Source: Antedon mediterranea
Lineage: Eukaryota > Animalia > Echinodermata
Length of the DNA stretch: 64,000 nucleotides
Direction: 5' to 3'
NCBI RefSeq assembly: GCF_964355755.1
Contig: NC_092675.1
Span: 26,136,912-26,200,911, forward strand
Shown here: in pieces, positions 1 to 12,200 of the stretch
Layout: the number at the start of each line of letters is the position of its first letter
How positions within the stretch are numbered: the first letter of the stretch is position 1
The notes under the pieces: model-generated
The model's input: only the letters and a program-made list of their open reading frames with translations
Told to the model about the DNA's origin: nothing
The model's database searches: none
Position numbers and translations under genes: made by a program

Positions 1-206
1 TGGTCCAGTTGTTGGATACTTTTTATACCACAAACTGAGCAATACAAATGATTGGAAGAAGACATTATATGAGAATTCTTTATCAGGCACTAATAATGGG
101 TTGTGTGATAAAGAATACACTTTTAGTGTTTCTGCTGTGAGACCTGGTGAAGGGGGTGAAGGACCAATTGGAAAAAATAAAGTCACAGTAAAACCTCATT
201 GTGAAA
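1..206 (+). CDS. Gene A exon: FN3 domain (partial)
   Basis: GPVVGYFLYHKL...SAVRPGEGGEGPIG...PHCE; donor GTAAGT at 207. Confidence 0.85.
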
Positions 207-3200
207 GTAAGTGAGATATAAATATTTATCAATACAGTATCACAAATAGGAATTTACAATGTTATCCATTTTAGGCCAATGATTATATATGCTACAGTTA
301 AGTTTAGGTTTACTGGTGTACAAACTTGCTGGCGGGCTGATTATTACATTTTTATTTCAACCTTAAATACAATTGATTTTTTGCGTTTTATATTTATATA
401 TTCGTCTACGCCAAAAGAAAGTTTAGTGTAAACAACAATTTGAATTTATACTGAAATTTGTGTTGTTTCAGGTATTAGTTTAGTTGTTTGATCAATTATT
501 TTCGTAGTTTATAACGATTATTTTGTTTTTCCTTTTAAAAAGTAAACATCAAATATATATGGAAATTTCAACTACTAATGCGTTATATGATCAATACGTG
601 TACCGGGATTATGCCAGTTTCAATTCATCAGAGTAAAGTATTTCATTCATTATTTTGTTTCAATTTAAACTTATATATCATATGTATATTTTGATATTTA
701 CAAAAGTAAATAAACATTGTTGAACTCTATTTTAAATGTCTTACAATAGATCAAAAGGTTTTGACAATTAGAATTATTTAATGTTTGAAAGTTGAATATT
801 AAAAATTTCTATTTTTTTTTTATACTTCAAAATGTATATTTTCTATTTATTTAATCTGCTTTACTTTTTCATTTCTCATCAGAAATTATTAATACCACAT
901 TTGTAGCAGCAAATAACAACCAGAACACAACTGCTTCATGTTCAGTAAAACATTATGGTACAAAAAACATTACAACAATGATTATGGTGACTAACAAACA
1001 TTTCACTGAAAATATTACAAAACTGGTAGGAATAGAACAAGATGGTGAGAATATAACAACGTACACGTTTTCTGTGACATCAAATGCTAATTCAACTTAC
1101 AAATGTGTAATTGTGCACAAAAGATTTTCAGTTCAGCGAGAAATGTTTGCTAAAATATTTTGTAAGTAGGAAACATTTTAATTGCATTTAAAATCCTCTT
1201 TTTTTAAAAATCTATGTAAGATTTGTATTTTGTTATATTATAGTTGTATTATGTTAAAAATCTAATCTTGTTATTGTTTTAAACCACAAAATTATTTTTA
1301 GGGTTACCTGTCTATACTGGAAAATTGGCGGTATGTAATATTTCAAGCTCATTTATCACCATTGAATGGACGGCATGGAACAGCAATACTGAAGATGGAG
1401 ATGGTCCAGTTGTTGGATACTTTTTGTACCACAAACTGAACAATATGAATGAGTGGGAAAAGACATTGTACGAGAATACTTTATCAGGCACTGTTAAAGG
1501 GTTGTGTGATCAAGAATACAGTTTTGGTGTTTCTGCTGTGAGACCCGGTGAAGGGGGTGAAGGACCAATTGGAAAAGATAAAGTCACAGTACTCAATCAA
1601 TGTGAAAGTAAGTGTAATACATTTATCAATACAGCATCAGAAATAGAAATTGACAATGTAATACATTCAAATTTCAACACCAATGATTATAAACTTTATT
1701 GCATTGCCTTTCCACAACTAAACATCTCCAGTTAATTTGAAATATAAATTGTAAAAATGATTGTACTGTATTGATTGATAGCTTTTGGTAGTTGTAAAGT
1801 CCTATTTCATGTTAATTTTTTGTTTTTATTTACTATTTCATTTTGTATTTTGCTCTTTCTTGAAAATGTGAATGTAAAAAAATTGTTTTTATTTCTTGTC
1901 AGAAATTATTAGTGCCACATTTGTACCAGCAAATAACAACCAGAACACAACTGCATCATGTTCAGTAAAATATTATGGTACAAAAAACATTACAACAATG
2001 ATTATGGTGACTAACAAACATTTCACTGAAAATATTACAAAACTGGTAGAAATAGAACAAGATGGTGAGAATATAACAACGTACACATTTTCTGTGATGG
2101 CAAATGCTGATTCAACATACAAATGTGTAATTGTGCACGAAGGATTTTCAGTTCAGCGAGAAATGTTTGCTAAAATATTTCGTAAGTAGGAAAAATTGTA
2201 ATCAAGTTTAAATCTATATTACTTTTTATATTAACACAGTTCAAGTCCAGTGTTCCTTGATTTTTTGCATGTGCTGTAGGAATTATTTATTTTATTACAT
2301 ATTGCACATTTCCAAACTAGTCTACGTTCTAGACGGTGATTCACTTAGGTAAAAAGATAATATTTGGGCACACATGGCATTTCATACGTATATTGCTTGA
2401 GATTGACAGACAAAAAATGAAATGATTTGTAGAATAACAAAATTAACAAGATAATAACTAGAGTCTGGGCAAGTCTAAAGTCCACCATGCAAAACCTGTG
2501 TGTCTGGAGTGCAGTTCAACAATTCATTGTACACTGTACTATTTGGATTTTTAGACACGACTTGAACTTCCAACATTAACAAACAATGCATATCAATCTT
2601 CATTCACACATTGCTGAATTTACTGTTGTCAAGAAAATCTAAAAAAATATTTATATTTAATTGAATTGTAAGGGTTCTATACAATAATAAGGTATTCTGT
2701 GTTAGTGTACGATGTAGAATTTATTTTTCTTTGATAATTTATTTAATCTGCTTTACTTTTTCATTTTTTGTCAGAAATTATTAGTGCGACATTTGTAGCA
2801 GCAAATAACAACCAGAACACAACTGCATCATGTTCAGTAAAACATTATGGTACAAAAAACATTACAACAATGATTATGGTGACTAACAAACATTTCACTG
2901 AAAATATTACAAAACTGGTAGAAATAGAACAAGATGGTGAGAATATAACAACGTACACATTTTCTGTGATAGCAAATGTTGATTCAACATACAAATGTGT
3001 AATTGTGCACAACGGATTTTTAGTTCAGCGAGAAATGTTTGCTAAAATATTTCGTAAGTAGGACAAATTGTAATCAAGTTTAAATCTATATTACTTTTTG
3101 AAATGTATGTTATTTTTTTTTTGTCTTGTGTGAGTTCTTCTCACGTTTATTTAAATTCTCATTGATGAATATATTATATACATATAAGTACATTTGTGAC

Positions 3201-6200
3201 AATTAAAAGTAAGTGTTTAGAGTAGTTAAAATACCGGTATATTTACATAATAAGATGCCAGAATTCATTATTAACCATATATTTTCTCATTTAAAATTTT
3301 AGATACGATGTTAATTAAAATGTAGAAATGAAAAATGGCGGTAAAATACATGATTAAAATTGTCTTGTTAAACTATCTTATTTGTGATCTTATTTGTGTT
3401 ATGTATGTATGTTATTATTATATTAATATTTATTTTAATACACTTAGTGTTTCCTAATTTGTTTTCATGTGCTGTAGGTCATTTATTTTAATATTATATT
3501 ACAACAGCCAACTGTTTATAAAATGTTGTATTTATGTTGTGTAAATGTGACAGGGATTTGAATAGTTTGCAACTAAATACCAACCTGCAATACATAAATA
3601 CATTACTAACTGCTCTGCCAGCAAAAACTGAGCATCTCACTTGCATAACTTAGCATTTCACATTCCTGCTCAGCTCAGTGCCTCATTGAATAAGTAAAGT
3701 AATCATACTGTTAACTCAAGCAATTTTCTCCTTTTCAACTCATAAACCTTCATATTAGTATATTAATAAAGTAGTCATGCACTTTTCATTTACAGTTTAA
3801 TGTTAATTAATATCAGGATTAATATTTGATTTTTGGTTTATTAAAATTTCTTGAGTATTGACTGATGTCATGGTGGGATTATTGTGTTAAAAAACTAATC
3901 TTGTTATTGTTTTAAACCACAAAATTATTTTTAGGGTTACCTTTCTATACTGGAAAATTGGCTGTACATAATATTTCAACCACCTTTATCACCATTGAAT
4001 GGACTGCATGGAACAGCGATACTGATGATGGAGATGGTCCAGTTGTTGGATACTTTTTATACCACAAACTGAGCAATACAAATGATTGGAAGAAGACATT
4101 ATATAAGAATTCTTTATCAGGCACTATTAATGGGTTGTGTGATAAAGAATACACTTTTAGTGTTTCTGCTGTGAGACCTGGTGAAGGGGGTGAAGGAACA
4201 ATTGGAAAAAATAAAGTCACAGTAAAACCTCATTGTGAAAGTAAGTGAGATATAAATATTTATCAATACAGTATCACAAATAGGAATTTACAATGTTATC
4301 CATTTTAGGCCAATGATTATACACTTTGTTGAATATTTGTTGCAGTGGTTTAAGAGATGTTGCGACAATATAATTATTACCACTTAACTAAAAATCTCCA
4401 GATAATTTAAAAATAATAAAGTTGTAAAAATACTTGTACTATATTGATTGCTTTGGTAGTTGTCCTATTTCATGTTTGTATTTGTTTGTTATTCACTCAT
4501 TTTATGTGAGTTTTTCCCCTCCATCAAAATGTACATTTAAACAAATGTTTTTTCTTGTCAGAAATCATAAATGCTACATCTGTTCCAGCAAATAACAACC
4601 AGAACACAACTGCATCATGTTCAGTAAAACATTATGGTACAAAAAACATTGCAACAATGATTATGGTGACTAACAAACATTTCACTGAAAATATTACAAA
4701 ACTGGTAGAAATAGATCAAGATGGTGAGAATATAACAACGTACACATTTTCTGTGACATCAAATGTTGATTCAACTTACAAATGTGTAATTGTGCATGAA
4801 GGGTTTTTGACTCAGCGTGACATTTTTACTACAATATTTCGTAAGTAATCAAATGTTTTTGAATCAGCTCAAGAGTTTATGTTTATACTATATATATATA
4901 TCAATATTTATAACACCTGACAAATAACGATGTTTTTTTTCATTAAAAGCCTCCTGCTTATATTCTCTATATTCTATGATTCTAATAGTGTAGGGTTATT
5001 GTTTGTTATTAATGCAAAACTAATCTTTTTATTTTTTTTAAACTAACACAAACATTTTATTAGGGTTACCTGTCTACACTGGGAATTTGACGGTACTTAA
5101 TATTTCAAGCTTCTTTATCACCATTGAATGGACAGCATGGAACAGCAATACTGACGATGGAGATGGTCCAGTTGTTGGATACTTTTTATACCACAAACTG
5201 AGCAATACAAATGATTGGAAGAAGACATTTTATGAGAATGCTTTATCTGGCAATGTTAGTGAGTTGATGTGGGATACAGAATACACTTTCAGTGTTTCTG
5301 CTGTGAAACCTGGTGAAGGCGGTGAAGGACCAATTGGAGAAAAAACAGTCACTGTAAAAACACTTTGTTGAAGTAAGTTTAGTATGAAATATTTCTCAAG
5401 TATCAACAAATAGTAATTAATCAAAATAATTGCTAAACTAATAGTTTATTTAATTTGACTTTGTGAGAGATAATTGAAAACTCCATGATGACAAACTAAT
5501 AATAATAATAATATTCATTTTTAAATGATGCAGTACTACAAAATTTGGTGATGTTAAATATGTAAAGTTACAATTTACAAAGTCTAGCTAAAATGAATTG
5601 CTTTAGTTACAATGTTACAATATTATGCTATTATTATATTTATGATTTCTGCTGATAGCAGTTGTTTATCTGAATTTGTTATTAATATTAATAATGGTTA
5701 TTTATAGTAAACATTAATTTATTTTTAATGCTGATTATTTTAAGAATGTACAAATAGATCAAATGCTAGTAGCATTATTGGTGGCGCTGTGGCTGGAGGT
5801 TTTTGTGCTGGTGTCATCACATTCATTATAATACCGATTTGGTAAGTTCTTATAAAGCCATTTAATACATAGCCTATAATCTTTAAAAAAAAACTAAACA
5901 AGAAAAGTAGGCCTATAAAATTGTTTTAAATAGGCCTATAAATATCTCTGGTGTTGCATCACCTATTGTTAAAAATATTTACCAGGATTATGCAATTTGG
6001 AGATTCAGCATAATTATCGTGGTAATTCAACTCTTATTTTCTTCTTATCTTGTTATCAAACTTTAATTCAATTTAAACCTCACATATTACATTTAAACTA
6101 AGTCATAGGCCATTGTAGTTCTTTTGTATAGTAATGTCATAAGCAACTTGCATGTTTTTTTTTTTGTAAGTACAGTTCTATTAAAGTTATGCGAGTTTAC

Positions 6201-9200
6201 CTAAAAAAGACTTCATAGGTAACTAATAGAGCTAGCTCCATGGTTTACTGGTGTACCAACTTGCTGGCGTGCTGATTATTACATTTTTATTTGAACCTTT
6301 AATACAATTCACAATTTACAATATATATTCACCGAGATCTGAAAGAAGAAAACTGAAGTCTGAAGTAACAGAAGGAAGCCCAGTAAATTTTAAGAAGATT
6401 TGCAAAGCTGACTTTGTAAACTATTTTTTATTTCGAAAGTAAATTTTTGTACGGAGCGAACTTGGAACGTTGTTTGTGACTTTGAAGTAAATTAATGTCT
6501 TAGATTGTATTGCATTTAAAGATTTATGTGGATTTCATATTTTTACATATCTGAATGGAATCAAGGTAATACAAATACTTTTATAACATATTTTGTATAC
6601 ATAAGTTTACATATTTCATTAGTAAAATTGTTAGCATGACAACTTTAAGATCGGGTAAAAATATAGATAAGACTATGTCAGACAAAGATACTAGGGAAGA
6701 TATGGTTGACCAAGAAGAGGTTGACCAAGTCAATGAAATATATGATAAAATGGCTAGGGATATTGATTTGCCCGAAATACCCGGCGGTATGCCTAAAGAT
6801 ATGATGCTCGAATATTTTCGAATGAAGTTCGAGGCCGAAAACAAAAAGTTAGAATACCAACAAGACCAATTAAGATTAGAAGCAGATATAGAGCAGAAGA
6901 AAGCAGATATAGAGCTAAGAAAAATTGAATCACAAGAAAGAGTGAAAATGATGGAATTAGAAAATAGGTCTAGCTACAGTAATGCTAGGAATATAGTAGA
7001 TGAAATGAAGGTAAAGGTTCCTACTTTGAAGGAATCAGATGATATTGATATATATTTTAGAACATTTGAACACTTGGCAGAAACCACAGGTTGGGATAAG
7101 AATACGTGGTCCGCTAGGTTAGCACCTGAACTGTCTGGTAAAGCTATGACAGCATATGCATCCTTAACCGTAAAAGAATGTGTAGATTATGATACCTTAA
7201 AGAAGGCAATCTTAGAAAAGTATGATGTGTCCGCAGAGACCTACAGATTTAAATTTAGAAATTCAAACAGAGTTAAAGATATGTCCATCAGGGAATGGCT
7301 GAATGAGCTCTCCCATTATTTAAAATGTTGGATGAAATGTGCTAATGTAAAAGAAGATGATGCTGCAGGCATTATTGAAATGATTATAATGGAACAGGCA
7401 CTTGATAAAATGCCTGAAGATCTGAGGCTTTATCTTAGAGATAAACAAGTAAATAAGAGCTATGATATGGCTATGATAGCCGATGATTATATAGCTAATA
7501 GAGGTGGCCTTGGCTATTGGAATGCCGTAAATTCTGAAAATAAGCCTACGTATTACAAGGGCCAAGAAAATAGTAAACATAAGAATAGTACGACTCAGAA
7601 TAACCCTGGAGCTAGGCAGCAAGGATACAATAGGTATCGCGGAAGGGGAGGCAAATTCCATAACTATGGTAGAAATTTCCAACAGAGAGAACCTTCAAAT
7701 GAATGGATTAATGGCCTATGCTTCAATTGTAAGGAGAAGGGACATAAAATAGGGGATTGTCCTAAGATGGTAGCAAAAGGAAAGACTAGTGACACTAAGA
7801 AGGGCCCGAATGTGAAAGATGGCTTAAGATGTGAAGGACTAAAATCAGATAGACCCCAAGTAGTTATAGATAGTGTAGAAAATAAAATGGAGAAATGTAC
7901 AATACCAGGAAAATTAGAAGGACAGGATATAACTATGCTTATAGACTCGGGATGTACCCAGTCAGCTGTTAAGGAAAGTCTAGTGCCTAACAAATGTTAC
8001 TTGCCAGGAAAATGGGTTACGTTAAGAGGTATAGGAGGCGATATTACCGTCCCCTTAGCTGAGGTAGCTATAGAAAGTAAGATAGTGACAGGAAAAGTGA
8101 TTGTAGCCGTAATCGAAGGATTACAGAGGGACATGTTATTGGGTCATGATTTGGACCAGAATTGTGGGGAAACAATGGCTAAAGAAATGTTCGTCCTAAC
8201 TAGGGAGCAAGCCAGAATGGAAAATGATGTTAGAATACAAGACGAAATGATATTGTTAGGGAAAGATAGTAACTTTTAGCCGATAGAAGAGCCGCCTAAA
8301 GAAACTAATGTACAATTGTTGAAAACAGTAGTAAATGACAACAAAGTAAATAAAACTAAGTGTTTAGATGATATGAATGGAACAGAAATGAATAATTTGT
8401 TTGACGAAAATGAGGATAAAGCTAAAGATAAAACAGTCAAACATAAAACTTATGAACAACAGCACAAGCTGAACCTAACTAAACAAGAACTGATCAAATT
8501 GCAAACTAAGGATGACTCACTCAAAGGAGTGTTTGACAGGGTAGTCCCTATAGAAGAAATAGGTCAGCATAGGGTATGTTTCTTTATGAGACAAGGTATA
8601 TTGATGAGAAATTGGAGTAGTATTAAAGATAAGAATAACCAAGTGGAACAGATTGTATTACCCACTCAGTGTAGACAGGGTGTATTACACTTAGGTCATA
8701 ATGTGCCATTTGCAGGTCACACGGGTGTTGAGAAAACTAAAAGTAGGGTCCTGAACCAATTCTATTGGCCAGGTATATTTAAAGATGTGGTAGTCTATTG
8801 TAAAGTCTGTAAGGAATGCCAAAAGGTAGATAAGGGTAAAAGTAAAAGGAAACATACTTTGATACCACTACCGATTATAAGTACACCATTTAAACGTATA
8901 GCGATAGACATTGTTGGACCCTTATCTAGAACAAGCCGTAATAACAAATATATGCTTACTATAATTGACTATGCTACGAGATATCCGGATGCTATCCCGT
9001 TACCCAATGTTAGAGCTGAAACAGTAGCCAGGGCTCTAATAGAAGTCTTTACTAGAGTAGGATTACCCGAAGAGATTGTACATGATCAAGGAACTAATTT
9101 CATGTCTTCAATTATGCAATCTATATGTAGTATGTTGGGGATTAATCAATTAAAGACTACAGTGTACCACCCCCAAAGCAATGGGCTTGTTGAAAGATTT

Positions 9201-12200
9201 CACGGTACATTGAAAAATATGATAAGGACACTTACAGTTAAGCAAAGAAAAAATTGGGATAACTACATACCCCCCTTTCTGTTTGCATACAGAGAAGTTC
9301 CTAGTAAAGCGACGGGCCATTCACCTTTTAAATTGCTTTATGGTAGAGAGGTGAGGGGACCCTTGAGTTTACTCAAAAGTAATTGGGTAGAAGATGAAGA
9401 AACATCTACTGATGTTATCAAATACATGTTAGACATAAGAGAAAAAATGGAGGAATTAATGAAAGATGCTAATGTAAACAAACTTGAACAACAAGAAATT
9501 ATGTCCCACAATTATAACAAGAATGCTATTGATAGAGAATTTGTAGAAGGGGACAAAGTGTTGATATTCCTTCCAGTAGGAAATAGTAAGTTAGACAGTA
9601 AATGGCAAGGCCCCTTCACTGTTACAAAAAAGGTCAATGATGTAAATTATGAAATACTAGATGGTACGCTCGCTTCGCTCGCGTACCATCTAGGTCGTGT
9701 CCACAGATGGTTCTCGAATACACAGTAATTTCAGCGTAACAAAACTGGCGATTTCAAATGTACGTACCGCGGGACTATAATACATAGTCGTTTACAGAAA
9801 CGAATAAATAGACACGATGATTTATGTAGTCAACTAAAATTAGCACCCTGGGAATTACTTCCGAAGGAGAAACTTACCACAAAATGAGTCCAAATTTTTG
9901 AATTTGTGTTTTGTATGTAACATTAGGGTTGAGGGATGGGAAAGCGGATAGGTACAAAGAGGAACAATTTTTAAATATATTCTTTATCCACTCAGTAACG
10001 AAATATTTTTTTCATGTTTTATAGGCCTATAAATAATATACCTCTAAATACAGTAAAACATTTGTCAGTATAAAGTTTATTTGTATATCTAACAGTAGAG
10101 CCTATCCACAATCTCAGTAATAAAGTGTATTTGTATATTTTTATATTACATCTAACAGTACGAACATTCACAGTAAGAAATGCTGGATTCAAATGAGGAC
10201 AAAAAATAGTTAATAGGTATTTAATTTACAGTATTGTCAAATTATTGCAAGTTTATTCTCAAAGGGCCCATATATTTACCTACCGTATGTGTTAAACCAA
10301 GGGCTCATAAATTTACCTACTTGTGTTAAACCAAACTCTGGCAGAGTGAGAGATTGGGATGTTCCATTCATCGCAAATCAATACATTTGTATAATCGTAT
10401 ATTAAATCTATCAAAATAGTATTTTTTTAAAGAAAATCGGCCTGTCTTCAACATTATGATGCTGTACTCTAGCTGTTCAACCGGTTTTCAGCTATTAAAA
10501 ACAATTATCGTAGGAGGAGATAGGAAAATGCGAAGCCTCCTCGCATTTTTCTGGCGGGTATTTTTCAAGATGGACATCCATTAGACAGTGTATACCACGA
10601 TCGGAAAACACCCCTATTTGGGGCAAATCGTTGAACCTAAATTCGTTTTAATCGTCAATAACTAATTATCTAACTTAATTTAATTAGTAAACAGGGTTAC
10701 ATCAGGTGGTTAAAATCAGTACCGAAAGTACAAACCAACTTTATATACCATCGAGTAAAAATTCTAGAAGTAAGGCGCGATTTACCGAATTTTGCCCTTA
10801 CGTAAATTTATATATAGATACATAGGTGGTAGAAGAAAAGAAAAACAAATTCTACATGTTAATATGTTAAAGAGATGGTATTATAAAGTAGAAATAAGTA
10901 AAGATGGTTATTATGTAGTAACAAATGTTCAGTCGATAGAAGAAGTAGACTTAAATGAAACAGTCCATGACAATGAGTTAGATAGTGAAATAGACATAGG
11001 ATTGTCTTATCATCAATCACAAACATGGAGAGATGTTAACGTTAGTAGTAATTTAAATGATACACAAACTAAACAATTAACAGAATTGTTAAAGTACCAA
11101 CAGAATGTATTCTCGGATGTACCAGGTAGAACTCACTTGGTGACACATGAAATTAAGACTAATGGTGAAATGCCTATAAGGCATAGGGCATATAGAACGC
11201 CCCAAGCATTAAAGGGTAAATTGAAAGAGGAATTAGATAGTATGTTGGCTATGGGTATAATAGAACCTACAGTTAGTGCCTATGCTGCACCTATTATTGC
11301 CCTGAAGAAAGGCCAGAATCAAATTAGAATGGTGACAGATTTTAGATCACTAAATAAGACTACACAATTTGACCCTTATGTTATGCCTCGCATAGACGAA
11401 ATGTTGGATGAGGTATCATCCGCAATATACATAACTACGTTAGATCTAACTAAAGGATTTTACCAGGTGCCTCTGGATCCTAAGACCAAAGACAAATCAG
11501 CATTTATTACACAATTTGGACAGTATTGTTACAATGTACTTCCATTTGGTATGCAAAATAGCTCTAGTACTTTCCAAAGATTAATGGATAAGGTATTACA
11601 AGGTACTGAGGGATATGCTAAGGCATATATAGATGACATATGTATTTATAGTCAAACTTGGAAAGATCATATTTTTCATTTGAATGATGTATTAGAAAGA
11701 TTAAGTAGTGCTGGATTGACAGCAAAGCCTTTGAAATGTAAAATTGCCTATGCACAGGTAGAATTTCTGGGGCATAAGATTGGTAATGGAGAAATTAGAC
11801 CCATGATTGATAAGGTTGAGGCTGTGGAAAAGTTCCCCAGACCTTTGTCTAAGAAACAAGTCCGATCATTTCTCGGATTAACGGGCTATTACAGAAAATT
11901 TGTACAGAACTATGCCGATATTGCTAAGCCATTGATTGAGTAAAAGTAATACCGTTAAGTGGAATGAACAATGTGAAAATGCCTTTGTAACTTTAAAGAA
12001 ACGACTTACTGATGATAATGTATTAAAAGCCCCAAATTTTGATAAGATGTTTATATTGCAAACCGATGCCTCAAATTATGGCATAGATGCAGTGCTGAGC
12101 CAAATAGATGGTGAGGGTAATGATTATCCCATTGTGTACTTAAGTAGAAAGTTATCTGTACATGAGCAGAGATATTCTGTGCCAGAAAGAGTGCCTCTCT

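Noticed and set aside
6249-6270. TGG-starting primer-binding site for the Gypsy element
   Set aside because: The same sequence is in the paralogous host intron (about 38736) and near 314, so it is host DNA; no 5' LTR is present.
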